Origin: Alphaproteobacteria bacterium
Lineage (GTDB): Bacteria > Pseudomonadota > Alphaproteobacteria > Rickettsiales > JABCZZ01
Assembly (NCBI GenBank): GCA_013288985.1
Contig: JABDAT010000001.1
Location: 1,015 to 65,014, forward strand
DNA length: 64,000 nucleotides
Direction: 5' to 3'
The position numbers and the translations under genes are program-made. Under the pieces are notes generated by a model. The model saw only the letters and a list, made by a program, of their open reading frames with translations. It was not told the origin of the DNA and did no database searches. Positions 19,155-30,920 of the stretch are shown here, piece by piece (position 1 is the stretch's first letter; each line of letters opens with the position of its first letter).

Positions 19155-21176
19155 CTAGAAAGATACTGGTCGCGGATCATCAGAGAATTTATGGAAAATA
19201 GTGCTATCTGGCTCACCCAGATCACCATTCGCATTTACAATAGTTGCCTTGATAAGCAGCACCAGCTCTTTGTTATGCGCTGACTTCGCCACGCTTTTAA
19301 AAAGATTCCCTATAACCGGCACGCTGCTGATAAACGGAACGCCCTGATCTTTATTGGCAGCTTCCTGCTGCATTAATCCACCGATTATCATCGTTTCGCC
19401 GCTTTTGATTTTAAGCGTGGAATCCAGTTCGCGGACTTGCACTTCAGGAATTTGATTGTGCAGGCCAGACAGGGTGTTGGCAAGGGAAGTGGCAGCGCTG
19501 CTTGTACCGTTCTGGCCGCTTAATAATGTTGATATTGCCTGTGCTATGGTAAGATCAAATGCCGGATCGTTTACCGTATCTATTATAGTGGAAAGAGTGG
19601 GACGCACCGCAAGCGTGATTTCATTATTTTTTGCATCAATGGATGGCATCATGGTCATCATCACGCCAATGGGAACCGTCTGAGTAGTGCTGGTTATCGT
19701 AGGCGCTACGGCTCCCGTAGTGACGCCGCCGGTGGTTGTTTGTGTGGCCGGCGTCACCACGAGCGTAAAATATACATGGTTTTCAGCAAAAGTAAGTGTG
19801 GATTGCTGGTTGTTAATAGCATGCAGGCGCGGACTTGAAAGCGTCCGGGTAGTGCCAAATGCTTCTATCAGCTGCAATATATTAGTGGTGGTGCTGCTGG
19901 ATGCAAAGGATATGAAATTTCCTGCTGAAACAATAGAATTCGCTGGCGCACCCAAAGGAAAGCTTGCAGTAACGACACCAATTCCAGGTATCTGGTTTAA
20001 TCGTGTGCCCACATTTTGCCAGTCGATGCCGCTGGCATATTGGTCATTGAGATCAACCTCAATAATTTTGGCTTCAATCAGCACTTGGCTGGAAGCATTC
20101 TTTTTGAGGGATGCCAGGAAACGTTCAACCATTTCATGTTGGCTGCTGGTAGCGTTTAGCGTAAGGATGCCTGCCTGACGATTTATAGTATAAGTGGGCT
20201 TGCTGGCATTTTGTGCGTTATTCTGATTGGCGCCAGATGTGGCCGGTGCGGCAATGGGCGCGGGAGGAGTTGTCCCTGCTTTGCCTGCAGTGGCCGCGCC
20301 GCCTGTAGCAGAGGTTCCGTTAGCTGCAGGGGTGCTGCTTCCTTGCCCTCCAGTGATTGCCGTAACCGCATTTGCATCTTCCACCTGCAAAGTAGTGGCA
20401 GATATGTGATCGGGAGCCTCATAGGCCAATATCTGTTGTACGCCGGATTCAAGCGATTTCCAGAAATCCCCCGTGCTCTTGGATTTTACACTGGAGGTAG
20501 AGCCTGTATTAAGGGCGCTACCACTGCCGCCTCCGCCGCCGCCGACAGTAGTGGACAGCACATTGGTGCTCAGATTGACTGAGCTGTCACTTTCGCGGTC
20601 CAAATTAAGAAAATCAATAGAGTAACTTTTAATGTAGGGTGTGTCGCGTTCAACACGCAGCACGTTATTTTTCATGGTATAGCGCAGGCCGGTGAGACTG
20701 CAGATGCGATCAATCACTTCATTAAACGGTTTATCTTTTGCAATAAATTCAATGCCCCCGGTAATCCCCGCATCCAGTTCAATATCGACATCGGCAAGCT
20801 TGGCAAGCTCAAGCAAAACATCTTTCAGCGGCACATCATCCGTCACAGCAATGGATACCAGCTGCGTCTCGCCGATTTTGGGCGGGCGGGGCGCTGCAAG
20901 AATATCCGCCAATTTGGGAACAGGCGGCATCCCTTTATCAATCTGCAGCTTCAAAGGCCCTTCAGTCGATTTGGGAGCCGCAATATGGCGATAGTCATCG
21001 CGGGCGAGATTGAGCGAAGGATCAATAGCATCCAGATGTTTTATGTCGCCCTCTTTCGTTTTGTCTGCGGCTTCGTGGATAGAATCGGGAGTGCTGCAGT
21101 CTGACAGGCAGAGTGATACGGCCATTACTGCGAATGCGCCCCATCTGGCGAAAGCTCTCTGTTTATATTTCTTCAA
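19155..21176 (-). CDS. lipoprotein secretin (type II/type IV pilus secretin family, MshL/PilQ-like)
   Basis: C-terminal secretin signature (GVPFISSVPVIGNLFKS...NKELVLLIKATIV), a lipobox (LCLSDC) and N0-like domains (VLLELAKLADVDIELD; NVLRVER). Confidence 0.85.
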   Translation of the reverse strand: MKKYKQRAFARWGAFAVMAVSLCLSDCSTPDSIHEAADKTKEGDIKHLDAIDPSLNLARDDYRHIAAPKSTEGPLKLQIDKGMPPVPKLADILAAPRPPKIGETQLVSIAVTDDVPLKDVLLELAKLADVDIELDAGITGGIEFIAKDKPFNEVIDRICSLTGLRYTMKNNVLRVERDTPYIKSYSIDFLNLDRESDSSVNLSTNVLSTTVGGGGGGSGSALNTGSTSSVKSKSTGDFWKSLESGVQQILAYEAPDHISATTLQVEDANAVTAITGGQGSSTPAANGTSATGGAATAGKAGTTPPAPIAAPATSGANQNNAQNASKPTYTINRQAGILTLNATSSQHEMVERFLASLKKNASSQVLIEAKIIEVDLNDQYASGIDWQNVGTRLNQIPGIGVVTASFPLGAPANSIVSAGNFISFASSSTTTNILQLIEAFGTTRTLSSPRLHAINNQQSTLTFAENHVYFTLVVTPATQTTTGGVTTGAVAPTITSTTQTVPIGVMMTMMPSIDAKNNEITLAVRPTLSTIIDTVNDPAFDLTIAQAISTLLSGQNGTSSAATSLANTLSGLHNQIPEVQVRELDSTLKIKSGETMIIGGLMQQEAANKDQGVPFISSVPVIGNLFKSVAKSAHNKELVLLIKATIVNANGDLGEPDSTIFHKFSDDPRPVSF

Positions 21177-21538
21177 CGCTGCCTACCTGCTTGTTTGCCA
21201 CTAATTATAGTGACACCATAAATGCGATGCCACTATATATATTGTTATGCGACCATGGAATCAACTATTTATTCGCTATTGATATTTTAGAGATACGATT
21301 TTTATGAAGTGAAGATTTGTATAAGTGATAAATACGAAGCAGGTGAGTAGATCGGTATTCATTGTATCAAATAAAGGACGGTAGTTTTGGCGATAACAGA
21401 TAAGCTATCGCCGCAGCAGTCATTGGCAAAGGTAAGGACTGTATTCGTTAAAAAAATTGAGACTGTTAGTGCGGAGGCGGCAAGTGGGGTATGGGTATCG
21501 ATTCCAAATGCAGCCAATACAATAGAAAAAGGAATTTT

Positions 21539-22846
21539 ATGACTATACGCAGTTTTGGAGAACTTGGCATTATTGAGCCTATCACGCGTGTGCTTGCTGC
21601 AAATAATTATACTCATCCCACTCCCATTCAGCTAAGCGCCATACCGCCGCTCCTGGAAGGCAAAGACATGCTTGGGATCGCCCAGACAGGAACAGGCAAG
21701 ACCGCTGCCTTTGCTTTGCCCATATTGCAGAAACTGTTTCAGACCCAAAAGCCTTATATTCTGCGCAGCGCGCGCGCTTTGATATTGGCGCCGACACGCG
21801 AGCTGGCGGTGCAGATAACGGATAACTGCAACGATTACGGCAAGTATCTTTCCATGCGTCATTGTGTGATCTTTGGCGGTGTATCGCAGGGGCCGCAGGT
21901 GCATTACATGTCTAAGGGGGTTGATCTGCTCATTGCCACGCCGGGACGGTTGCTCGATCTTATCAATCAAGGCCATGTCAGCCTTAAAGAGGTGCAATTT
22001 CTCGTGCTCGATGAAGCTGACCGCATGCTCGATATGGGATTCATCCACGACATCAAGAAAATCATCGCCACTATCCCAAAAGAGCGCCAGACTATGCTGT
22101 TCTCGGCAACCATGCCCAGCTCCATTGATGCATTGGCGCATAGAGTGCTTCACAATCCTGTTAGAGTCGAAGTGACGCCGCAGGTGATAACCGTGGAGCG
22201 CATTGAGCAAAGCGTATACTCCATACGAAAAAGCGAGAAGAACGCGCTGCTGATAACCTTGCTGCAGGATTCCGGCATGCATAAAGTTATTGTCTTCAGC
22301 AGAACCAAGCATGGGGCAAATCGCATTTTACTTCAGCTGGAGAATGCGGGCATTGTTTCAGCGGCGATTCACGGTAACAAATCGCAGGGCGCTCGCCAGA
22401 AAGCATTGGAAGGCTTTAAGAATGGCAAAGTCCGGGTATTGGTGGCGACCGATGTCGTCGCACGCGGCATCGATGTCGATAATGTCAGCCATGTGATTAA
22501 CTTTGACCTGCCTGAAGAACCGGAAAGCTATGTCCACCGTATAGGCCGCACTGCGCGCGCGGGCGCAGGCGGCATCGCCATGGCATTCTGCGATGAAACC
22601 GAGGGCAAGTTGCTGCGCGATATTGAAAGAACCATACAGCGTTCTTTAACGCTCATGCCGGCTCCGCAACTCATGAAAATGAAACCTCTTGCGCCTTCAG
22701 CCCAACACCATAAACCGCATGGCGGCGGAGGTAGTGGCCGATCTCGTCATGGAAAACCTGGCGCCAGCAAAGGTCCTAATGCTCATCAGCTTAATCGTTC
22801 AGAACGTACGAGGGCGGCAAATGCAAGACGTAGCGGCAAAGCGTAA
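21539..22846 (+). CDS. rhlE: DEAD-box ATP-dependent RNA helicase (RhlE-like)
   Basis: Q-motif (F..LGI...TPIQ), AQTGTGKT, PTRELA, DEAD (VLDEADRMLD), SAT, HRIGRTARAG and a basic C-terminal tail. The ATG at 21539 (MTIRSFGELG) is preferred over the track start. Confidence 0.9.
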   Translation: MTIRSFGELGIIEPITRVLAANNYTHPTPIQLSAIPPLLEGKDMLGIAQTGTGKTAAFALPILQKLFQTQKPYILRSARALILAPTRELAVQITDNCNDYGKYLSMRHCVIFGGVSQGPQVHYMSKGVDLLIATPGRLLDLINQGHVSLKEVQFLVLDEADRMLDMGFIHDIKKIIATIPKERQTMLFSATMPSSIDALAHRVLHNPVRVEVTPQVITVERIEQSVYSIRKSEKNALLITLLQDSGMHKVIVFSRTKHGANRILLQLENAGIVSAAIHGNKSQGARQKALEGFKNGKVRVLVATDVVARGIDVDNVSHVINFDLPEEPESYVHRIGRTARAGAGGIAMAFCDETEGKLLRDIERTIQRSLTLMPAPQLMKMKPLAPSAQHHKPHGGGGSGRSRHGKPGASKGPNAHQLNRSERTRAANARRSGKA

Positions 22847-22922
22847 TGTAACAGGTGGTTTTATGTTGCTTCACCTTCCGGAGTTTTTTCAGAATCATTG
22901 ACAGCTTGGGTTATTGAGGACC

Positions 22923-23618
22923 TCATTCACTTTTCAGCCGATAACCCACACCTGTTTCGGTAACTATATAACGGGGGCGCATGGGGTCGTCGCCAAGTTT
23001 TTCACGTAAATGCTGAGCATAGACGCGAAGATAATGGCTATTCTCGGTAGAATGCATACCCCAAACCTCTTTTAGAAGCTGCTGCTGAGTCACTACTTTT
23101 CCCGCATGCTTTACCAATACAGATAACAGTTTATATTCGGTAGGGGTGAGGTGCACTTCTTGTCCTTTTACCAATATCAGGCGTTTTTCAAGATCAACGG
23201 AGATATCGCCTACCTCAAATAGCGCCGCATTGGCAGATGCGGATTTATGAGAATGACGCTGTGCGACTTTAAGACGCGCAAGCAGCTCCAATACGCCAAA
23301 TGGCTTGGTCAGATAATCGTCCGCTCCGGCTTCAAGCGCTGCCACTTTATCTTTTTCCTGACCGCGGGCGGAAAGCACAATAATGGGAACGGTGCTCCAC
23401 TCGCGGATCATGCGGATAACGTCCAGCCCGTCCATATCCGGCAAGCCTAAATCAAGTATCACTATTTCCGGCGGATGAGCGGTAATAAGCTTGATGCCTT
23501 CTTTGGCAGTCTCGGCAAAACTCGGATTATAATCATGGCTTATAAGCGCCGCTTTCAGAAATTTGCGGATGCCGGGCTCATCTTCAATAATGAGAACAGG
23601 AGTATCAGACTTGCTCAT
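22923..23618 (-). CDS. kdpE: OmpR-family response regulator KdpE
   Basis: Receiver domain (VLIIEDEPGIRKFL...DLGLPDMDG) plus a winged helix (VTETGVGYRL). It lies immediately downstream of and overlapping kdpD. The start MSKSDTPV is preferred. Confidence 0.9.
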   Translation of the reverse strand: MSKSDTPVLIIEDEPGIRKFLKAALISHDYNPSFAETAKEGIKLITAHPPEIVILDLGLPDMDGLDVIRMIREWSTVPIIVLSARGQEKDKVAALEAGADDYLTKPFGVLELLARLKVAQRHSHKSASANAALFEVGDISVDLEKRLILVKGQEVHLTPTEYKLLSVLVKHAGKVVTQQQLLKEVWGMHSTENSHYLRVYAQHLREKLGDDPMRPRYIVTETGVGYRLKSE

Positions 23619-26307
23619 GGGGGAATCCCTCCATATTGGGCGCAACAGGCAGTGTGAAACTAAATACAGCGCCGCCCTCAGCAGCGTTTGCTTCTTCTAT
23701 TTCCCCGCCATGCGCTTTGAGTATGCCCTGACAGATAGCAAGACCAAGTCCCGTGCCTTTTCCGGCTTTGTGCTGTGCGGTCGTATAGAATTTATCGAAA
23801 ATCTTTTTCTCATCTCCTTTAGGTATGCCTGGGCCATTATCCGCAACGCTAATTCGAATCCAATTTTCCTGATACCATGCTTTTAGTGTGACGGTAGAGC
23901 CTGCGGGTGTATATTTAACTGCATTCTCAAGAAGATTAATAAGCACTTGTTCAATGAGCAACCCATCGATGAAAACCATCGGTAATTTAGGCTCAGAATG
24001 CGTTACAACTTTATGCTGGGACAATTGCGGTTCCAGCCTTGTCAGCGTAGAGCCGATAATCTCTTCAATGAAATAGGGTTGCTGGTTGAGTCGGATAGTG
24101 CCGGACTCCAGGCTTGTGACATCCAGCAGATTCGTGACGATATGGGAAAGACGATTGGCTTCCTGGTAAATGGACGCAGCCAGATCACGCGAGGTTTCCA
24201 TGGGCAGATTCTCAATATCGGAAACGATACTGCTGGCCGCACCAGTAATGGATGCAAGCGGTGTGCGTAAATCATGACTGACTGTTGAAAGCAGAATGCT
24301 GCGTAATCTTTCACTTTCTATTTCCACTTTGGATTTTTCAGCGCTATCCGCAGCATTTGCCCGCTCAAGCGCCGACGCAAGCAGACTGGCAATCGTTTCC
24401 AATGAAGAGTAATCTTCCATGGTAAAATGTTTATCATCCGATAAAGGCAGGATTCCTATGACGCCGAGTGTACCGCTTGCAGCATTGAGCGGAAAATAAA
24501 TTCCCAGGGCGCTTGGCATGGTGGTAGTGCCTTTGCCGGCGAAGCGGCGATGGTCAAAGCACCATTGCAGCACGGCCATTTCTTTTATGAAATCACGTTC
24601 AGGAAGCGCCCCCGTAATGGAGGAAAGATGGCCATTGGCATCAGGCATCCAGATAGTAACGTTGGCAGCAAATATTTCAGTGATATGTTTGGCGACTACA
24701 TCGGTCATATTTTCCTGTCCGCGCGTGGAAGCAAGTGTCCGCGTAAGGGTATATAACGTTTGCGTGTGATGTTCACGTTGCCTGGAGACAAGCACCTGAA
24801 GCCTGAGACGTGATGCAAAAGAAGTAATTACCATGCTGGTGACAAGCATCACAATGAGCGTCATCCAATAGGAGCGATCGTAAATTTCAAGCGTATAAAG
24901 AGGCGGGATAAAGAAGAAGTTGAAACATGCCGCACTGAGGAGCGCATACATGACGGAAGGTCCGCGCCCTAATCGTACCGCTACTATTACATTGCCTATA
25001 AGGTAAATGAGCGCCTGATCGATTGGCTTTAAGAGTGGTTGCAAGCCAATCCCTGTTAAAGTGCATACGGTAATGGTAACCGCAGACCATGCATAAAGTT
25101 TGGGCTTGAATGCGATAAGATTGTTTTTGCCTTCATAGGTTTTGGGGCCTTTATATTCGCCTGTAACGACATGAATATCGATGGCAACATTGCTGCGCAA
25201 TAACTTGTCCACCAGCGAACCATACAGCATATCTTTCCAACGCGGTTTTCGGGATTTGCCTATAACTATTTTGGTAATGCTGTTGCCTTGCGCATAAGCA
25301 ATCAATTCATCCTTGGCATTATCGCCTTGCAGAATGACGGTCTTGCCGCCCAAACGCTCCGCCATGCGCAGGACGGATTCCACGGCAGCTTTGCCGGTAT
25401 CATTAAGCTTATAATGACGCGCATTTTCAATATAGACCGCAACCCACGAAGCTTTTAATGAGGTGGCCATACGCTTAGCCGTGCGCACCAGTTGGGCGGA
25501 TAACGCATCCGGCCCGATACAGACCATAACTTTTTCAGAAACCGGTGCCGACCCGCGAATGCCTTCACGGATATTGTATGCATCCATCTGCGCATCCACA
25601 CGCTCAGTGGTGCGCCGCAGCGCCAATTCACGCAGGGCAATAATGTTGTTTTTCCTGAAGAAATGCTCGGCGGCGCGATGTTTTGCCTGATCGGCAATAT
25701 AGACTTTCCCTTCCTTCAGGCGTTTGAGCAATTCGTCGGCCGGAATGTCGATAAGCACGATATCATCTGCCATATCAAACACGGCATCGGGTATAGTTTC
25801 TTTCACCCTGATGCCGGTTACGCCGGCTACCACGTCGCTGAGCGATTCCAGATGCTGTACATTAAGCGTGGTGTAAACATTGATTCCGGCATCGAGTAAT
25901 TCTTCCACATCCTGCCAGCGTTTGGCATGGCGGGAGCCCGGCGCATTGGTATGGGCCAATTCATCCACTAGAATAATGGCAGGCTTGCGTATCTTGGCGG
26001 CGTCCAAATTAAACTCTTTAAGGGTAATGCCCTTATGAGTGACGTCAATCATGGGAAGGATGGAAATACCCTGCAAGAGCGCCTGCGTATCGGTACGTCC
26101 GTGCGTTTCTATAATACCTGCAACCACGCCCACGCCCTCTTTTAAGCGTTCATGAGCCGCCGATAACATCGCATAAGTTTTGCCGGTTCCCGCGCAGCCG
26201 CCAAAGAAAATTTTCAGACTGCCGCGCCTTGCCTGCAGTTCATCTGCCTGCACCTGCTTTAGTAATTCGTCGGGATCGGGTCGCGCGGATATATTATAAT
26301 TTGCCAT
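23605..26307 (-). CDS. kdpD: sensor histidine kinase KdpD
   Basis: 900 aa. It has the N-terminal KdpD domain with Walker A ([10 protein letters not shown]), a Usp-like region, 4 TM helices, a GAF-like region, the H-box [11 protein letters not shown] and the G-boxes DNGPGIP and GTGLGLAIC. Confidence 0.93.
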   Translation of the reverse strand: MANYNISARPDPDELLKQVQADELQARRGSLKIFFGGCAGTGKTYAMLSAAHERLKEGVGVVAGIIETHGRTDTQALLQGISILPMIDVTHKGITLKEFNLDAAKIRKPAIILVDELAHTNAPGSRHAKRWQDVEELLDAGINVYTTLNVQHLESLSDVVAGVTGIRVKETIPDAVFDMADDIVLIDIPADELLKRLKEGKVYIADQAKHRAAEHFFRKNNIIALRELALRRTTERVDAQMDAYNIREGIRGSAPVSEKVMVCIGPDALSAQLVRTAKRMATSLKASWVAVYIENARHYKLNDTGKAAVESVLRMAERLGGKTVILQGDNAKDELIAYAQGNSITKIVIGKSRKPRWKDMLYGSLVDKLLRSNVAIDIHVVTGEYKGPKTYEGKNNLIAFKPKLYAWSAVTITVCTLTGIGLQPLLKPIDQALIYLIGNVIVAVRLGRGPSVMYALLSAACFNFFFIPPLYTLEIYDRSYWMTLIVMLVTSMVITSFASRLRLQVLVSRQREHHTQTLYTLTRTLASTRGQENMTDVVAKHITEIFAANVTIWMPDANGHLSSITGALPERDFIKEMAVLQWCFDHRRFAGKGTTTMPSALGIYFPLNAASGTLGVIGILPLSDDKHFTMEDYSSLETIASLLASALERANAADSAEKSKVEIESERLRSILLSTVSHDLRTPLASITGAASSIVSDIENLPMETSRDLAASIYQEANRLSHIVTNLLDVTSLESGTIRLNQQPYFIEEIIGSTLTRLEPQLSQHKVVTHSEPKLPMVFIDGLLIEQVLINLLENAVKYTPAGSTVTLKAWYQENWIRISVADNGPGIPKGDEKKIFDKFYTTAQHKAGKGTGLGLAICQGILKAHGGEIEEANAAEGGAVFSFTLPVAPNMEGFPHEQV

Positions 26308-26866
26308 CTAAAGCGAGATTCAGCATTAACACATTGACTCTGGGTTCGCCGAGTATACCCAATTGCCGGTCTTGCGTATATTGTTTTACGGTATCTTTCA
26401 CCCGCTCCGTTGTGAGACCCCGCGCTCTGGCAACTCGTGCTATCTGATACTGTGCGGCCTGCACACTGATATGCGGATCAAGTCCGCTGCCGGATGCTGT
26501 GACCAAATCTACTGGGATGGGTAATGTATTGGCCGGATCAGCTTTTTTAAGCGCATCAACGCGCGCTTTAACCGCATCCAGCAAAGCAGGGTTAGCAGGA
26601 CTTAAATTACTGCCCAATGAATTGGCTGCATTATAGGGTTGCGGGGTTGTGGCAGATAACCGTCCCCAGAAATATTTAGGATCGGAGAAATTCTGGCCAA
26701 TCAATTCAGAGCCAAGCGTTTTGCCATCCTTCTCAATCAGGCTTCCTTGCGTCTCATGGAGAAAAGCAGCTTGCGTTATTACGGTGCAAATCCCGGGATA
26801 AACAAACCCCAGTAATAAGGTCATCCAGAAAAAGTACAGGAAATTGGTGCGAAGATAGAGGCTCAT
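26294..26866 (-). CDS. kdpC: K+-transporting ATPase subunit C
   Basis: 190 aa with one N-terminal TM helix and the conserved [10 protein letters not shown] motif. It sits in kdpABC order. Confidence 0.92.
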   Translation of the reverse strand: MSLYLRTNFLYFFWMTLLLGFVYPGICTVITQAAFLHETQGSLIEKDGKTLGSELIGQNFSDPKYFWGRLSATTPQPYNAANSLGSNLSPANPALLDAVKARVDALKKADPANTLPIPVDLVTASGSGLDPHISVQAAQYQIARVARARGLTTERVKDTVKQYTQDRQLGILGEPRVNVLMLNLALDGKL

Positions 26867-26867
26867 A

Positions 26868-28940
26868 TTATACCGCTCCTATACATTGAAGGCAGATATC
26901 GATGATTTTAATACCAATGAAGGGTATGATAACGCCGCCCAAGCCATATACGGCCATGTTGTAACGCAGCAGGCCGGACGCGCCAATGGGGCGGTATTTA
27001 ACTCCCTTGAGTGCAAGCGGTACAAGGAAAATAATGATCAGCGCATTAAAGATGACGGCCGAAAGAATTGCGCTTAAAGGCGATGCCAAATGCATGATAT
27101 TAAGCGCAGCAAGTGCCGGATAGGTGCTGACGAATGCTGCGGGAATAATAGCAAAATATTTGGCGACGTCGTTGGCAATCGAAAACGTGGTCAGGCTGCC
27201 TCGCGTCATGAGGAGCTGCTTTCCGATTTCGACAATCTCAATAAGTTTGGTTGGGTCGGAGTCCAAATCCACCATATTACCGGCTTCCTTTGCAGCCTGC
27301 GTGCCGCTGTTCATGGCAACCGCCACGTCGGCTTGAGCGAGTGCTGGCGCATCATTAGTGCCGTCACCCACCATCGCAACCAGTTCACCGCCTTCCTGCA
27401 TCTTGCGGATATATTTGAGTTTAGCTTCCGGTGTGGCTTGGGCAATAAAATCATCGACGCCTGCTTCTGAAGCAATGGCTGCCGCTGTTAATGAGTTATC
27501 GCCTGTGACCATTACGCTTTTAATGCCCATTGCGCGCAGTTCCGCCAGACGTGCTTTAATGCCGGTTTTAACCACGTCCTTGAGATGAATGACTCCAAGC
27601 AGCTTATCGCCGTCAGCCACCATTAAAGGCGTGCCGCCCTGGCGTCCGATAGTATCGCTCTGGCGTATCATGGCTTCAGGCGCCTTGCCGCCCAGTGAAG
27701 TGATATAGGCTGTAATTGCATCGCCTGCGCCTTTGAGAATTTTGCGGTTGCCAAGCGTAATGCCGCTGATGCGCGTTTCTGCGCTGAAAGGAATGAAGGT
27801 GGCGTTCAGTTCGCCAAGGGTTTTTTCCTGAATGCCATGTTTTGTGCAAGCCAGCTGGGCGATGCTTTTACCTTCCGGCGTTTCATCGGCAGCAGAAGAA
27901 AGCATTGCCGCCTCTGCAAGTTGCGCTATGCTGACGCCTTCCGCAGGGAAAAAAGCAACCGCCTGCCGGTTGCCGTAAGTAATCGTGCCTGTCTTATCAA
28001 GCAACAGGATGTTGACGTCACCGGCCGCTTCCACTGCGCGTCCTGATGTGGCAATGACATTGGCCTGAATAAGTCTGTTCATACCGGCAATGCCGATGGC
28101 TGAGAGCAATCCGCCGATAGTGGTCGGCGCAAGACAGACCAGTAGCGCAATAAGCACGGTAATGCTGACAGGAGTGCCCTGGCCAGCGCGTTCAATGCTG
28201 AAGAGTGAAAATGGCAGTAATGTCGCGCAAGCAAGCAGAAATATAATGGTCATGGCGGCAAGCAAGATAGAAAGCGCAATCTCATTGGGTGTTTTCTGGC
28301 GCTTGGCGCCTTCCACCAACGCAATCATTTTATCTAAAAAACTTTCACCGGGATTGGCAATGATGCGCACGACAATCCAGTCTGAAAGTACACGCGTGCC
28401 GCCGGTTACACCATCGCGGTCACCGCCGGATTCACGAATCACGGGAGCTGATTCACCGGTAATGGCGCTTTCATCTACGGAAGCGATTCCTTGAATCACC
28501 TGACCATCACCGGGAATAATATCGCCCGTTTCCACCAGAATAATATTATCTTTGCGCAAATCATTGGCAGAGATGGTTTGGTATTTGCTGCGATCATTCG
28601 CATTAGCCAATTTCTTGGCAGGAACATCACGCCGCGTGGCTTTAAGATTTGCCGCCTGCGCCTTGCCTTTGCCTTCGGCTACCGCTTCAGCAAAATTGGC
28701 AAAAATTACTGTAAACCAAAGCCAGAAGGTGATAGCGGCAATAAACCAGCTTGGCTCACTTTGAGGAGACATCATATTATAGATCAGCAATATGCTCGTG
28801 ATCAGCGCGCCGATAAACACGGTAAACATGACCGGGTTGCGCAGCTGATAACGCGGCGTCAGCCGTTGTAGGGAATGAAGCGAGGCCTGCACTAATGCAG
28901 CGCCGCTCAGAAAAGAAGGAGAAACCGGTTTTGCATTCAT
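26868..28940 (-). CDS. kdpB: K+-transporting P-type ATPase subunit B
   Basis: 690 aa with the DKTGTIT phosphorylation motif, [21 protein letters not shown] and the KdpB length. Confidence 0.95.
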   Translation of the reverse strand: MNAKPVSPSFLSGAALVQASLHSLQRLTPRYQLRNPVMFTVFIGALITSILLIYNMMSPQSEPSWFIAAITFWLWFTVIFANFAEAVAEGKGKAQAANLKATRRDVPAKKLANANDRSKYQTISANDLRKDNIILVETGDIIPGDGQVIQGIASVDESAITGESAPVIRESGGDRDGVTGGTRVLSDWIVVRIIANPGESFLDKMIALVEGAKRQKTPNEIALSILLAAMTIIFLLACATLLPFSLFSIERAGQGTPVSITVLIALLVCLAPTTIGGLLSAIGIAGMNRLIQANVIATSGRAVEAAGDVNILLLDKTGTITYGNRQAVAFFPAEGVSIAQLAEAAMLSSAADETPEGKSIAQLACTKHGIQEKTLGELNATFIPFSAETRISGITLGNRKILKGAGDAITAYITSLGGKAPEAMIRQSDTIGRQGGTPLMVADGDKLLGVIHLKDVVKTGIKARLAELRAMGIKSVMVTGDNSLTAAAIASEAGVDDFIAQATPEAKLKYIRKMQEGGELVAMVGDGTNDAPALAQADVAVAMNSGTQAAKEAGNMVDLDSDPTKLIEIVEIGKQLLMTRGSLTTFSIANDVAKYFAIIPAAFVSTYPALAALNIMHLASPLSAILSAVIFNALIIIFLVPLALKGVKYRPIGASGLLRYNMAVYGLGGVIIPFIGIKIIDICLQCIGAV

Positions 28941-28949
28941 GGGATTGCT

Positions 28950-30722
28950 CTATTTCATCAGGTTAAAATGCTCGGCAATGGGTCCAAGCGCCAAAGCCGG
29001 AACATACGTAAGAACGCCCACCAGCACGACAATGCCCATCAAAATGGCCACGAATAACGGCGTATGGGTAGGAAGCGTTCCGGCCGAAACCGGCACTGTT
29101 TTCTTTGCAGCGAGCGACCCGGCAATGGCAAGCACCGGCACAATGATGCAAAAACGCCCCAGCAGCATCGCTATGCCAAGCGCAATATTGTAAAAAGGCG
29201 TATTGGCGGAAAGACCGGCAAAAGCGCTGCCGTTATTATTGCCTGCCGAGGAAAAAGCGTAAAGCACTTCACTGAACCCTTGCGGGCCGGTATTAAACAC
29301 GCCTGCTTTCCCTGCCGCCACCATTACAGCAATAGCGGTGCCAACCAACACAATGATCGGGGTTACAAGGATAGCAATAGATGCCATCTTCATCTCGAAC
29401 GCATGTATCTTTTTGCCTAAATATTCCGGTGTGCGCCCGACCATCAGCCCGGCGATGAACACGCTGATGATGACAAATACCAGCATGCCATAAAGACCGG
29501 AACCAATACCACCGAAAATAACCTCGCCAAACTGGATGAGTATGAGAGGAACCAGCCCGCCAAGCGGGGTGAAGGAATCATGCATGGCATTGACCGATCC
29601 GTTGGAAGCCGCAGTAGTGGCACTTGCCCATAGGGCAGAGTTGACCGAGCCAAATCGTTGCTCTTTGCCTTCCATATTGCCTGCCGACTGCTCAATGCCC
29701 AGTGGTATAAATTTGGGGTTGCCGCCTTGTTCCGCACATACGCAAAAAAGTAAAAACGGCAATAGCAGCAACGTCATGGCGGCAAGAAGCGCCCAGCCCT
29801 GACGTGTATCGCTTACCATAACCCCAAATGTATAACAAAGCGCTGCCGGTATCAGCAGAATCGCCAGCATTTCAAGAAAATTAGAAAGGGGTGTGGGGTT
29901 CTCAAAAGGATGCGCCGAATTGACATTGAAGAATCCGCCGCCATTGGTGCCTAACTGCTTGATGGCGATTTGCGAGGCTACCGGCCCAACGGCAATGGAT
30001 TGCTCCGTAACAATAGCAGCTTTCTGGGTAATGGTCCCTGTTGCATCTTTCTGCTCGGCCACTTGTTGGGATTCCATTAACGTCGCTGTTGCATAAGCGC
30101 TGAAGGTTTGCACCACGCCTTGAGAAGCGAGTAATACCGTCCATAGCAAGCATAACGGCAGCAGAATATAAACGATGCCGCGTGTCATGTCTGTCCAGAA
30201 ATTGCCAATGGTGCTGCTATTCTTGCGTGCAAATCCCCGGATGAGCGCTACAAGCACAGCCATACCGGTGGCGGCAGAAAAGAAATTGTGCACAGCAAGT
30301 CCTGCCATCTGGCTTGCGTAACTCATGGTCGATTCACCGCCATACGATTGCCAGTTGGTATTGGTGGTGAAGCTTGCAGCGGTATTGAATGCTAAGTCAG
30401 GGGTAAGATTCGGTTGCGCCATGGGATTGAGCCCCAGCCATGCCTGCATACGGAGCAGAGCATAAAGGCCTATCATGCTTAAGAGGCTAAACCCCATAAC
30501 CGCGCCGCTATATTGCTTCCAGTTCATTTCCGCTTTAGCATCAATGCCGGAAATTTTATAAAAACAACGCTCCAGCCAGCCAAGCAACACAGAAAAAAAA
30601 TGCTTCTCGCCGCTATAGACTTTTGCCATAAAGAGGCCCAACGGCTTCACCAGCGCAAGCAACACTACAAAATAAAGCAGTATCTGCAGCCAGCCGTTTA
30701 AGTCGGGGTACGCTAAATTCAT
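28950..30722 (-). CDS. kdpA: K+-transporting ATPase subunit A
   Basis: 590-aa polytopic protein with selectivity-filter-like repeats (TNTNWQSYGGE; LGTNGGGFFNVNSAHP; SNGSVN; NNGSAF). Confidence 0.95.
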   Translation of the reverse strand: MNLAYPDLNGWLQILLYFVVLLALVKPLGLFMAKVYSGEKHFFSVLLGWLERCFYKISGIDAKAEMNWKQYSGAVMGFSLLSMIGLYALLRMQAWLGLNPMAQPNLTPDLAFNTAASFTTNTNWQSYGGESTMSYASQMAGLAVHNFFSAATGMAVLVALIRGFARKNSSTIGNFWTDMTRGIVYILLPLCLLWTVLLASQGVVQTFSAYATATLMESQQVAEQKDATGTITQKAAIVTEQSIAVGPVASQIAIKQLGTNGGGFFNVNSAHPFENPTPLSNFLEMLAILLIPAALCYTFGVMVSDTRQGWALLAAMTLLLLPFLLFCVCAEQGGNPKFIPLGIEQSAGNMEGKEQRFGSVNSALWASATTAASNGSVNAMHDSFTPLGGLVPLILIQFGEVIFGGIGSGLYGMLVFVIISVFIAGLMVGRTPEYLGKKIHAFEMKMASIAILVTPIIVLVGTAIAVMVAAGKAGVFNTGPQGFSEVLYAFSSAGNNNGSAFAGLSANTPFYNIALGIAMLLGRFCIIVPVLAIAGSLAAKKTVPVSAGTLPTHTPLFVAILMGIVVLVGVLTYVPALALGPIAEHFNLMK

Positions 30723-30811
30723 GGGAATATCTCCGGCTTAAGAAGGGCTACAAAAAGATAGATAAGCAGCAACAGCGCAACAATGCCGGCCAGTATATAA
30801 AGTAGCGTCAT
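30719..30811 (-). CDS. kdpF: K+-transporting ATPase subunit F (30 aa)
   Basis: Hand translation gives MTLLYILAGIVALLLLIYLFVALLKPEIFP*, which resembles E. coli KdpF (..LLLGYLVYALINAEAF). Its stop overlaps the kdpA start (ATGA). Confidence 0.75.
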   Translation of the reverse strand: MTLLYILAGIVALLLLIYLFVALLKPEIFP

Positions 30812-30812
30812 G

Positions 30813-30902
30813 TCATGAGCCTTTCAATGCATCGCAAGCTTCCGCAAAGGCGGACATAGCGATAAAAAAAACCAATGTGAGAAGCAAGAATGCGATATCC
30901 AT
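30813..30902 (-). CDS. candidate 29-aa hydrophobic micro-protein upstream of kdpF
   Basis: Hand translation gives MDIAFLLLTLVFFIAMSAFAEACDALKGS*. Its TGA lies 1 nt before the kdpF ATG. It contains a T8 homopolymer. Confidence 0.35.
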   Translation of the reverse strand: MDIAFLLLTLVFFIAMSAFAEACDALKGS

Positions 30903-30920
30903 AAATCACTCGTTAAAAGA

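Noticed and set aside
21632-22312. 226-aa ORF antisense to rhlE, and similar long antisense ORFs (10702..11220, 49644..50126, 3651..4181, 19687..20178, 54950..55426)
   Set aside because: Each lies fully inside a confidently identified gene on the other strand. Their composition is unprotein-like (Cys/Arg/His-rich or low complexity) and none has an RBS.
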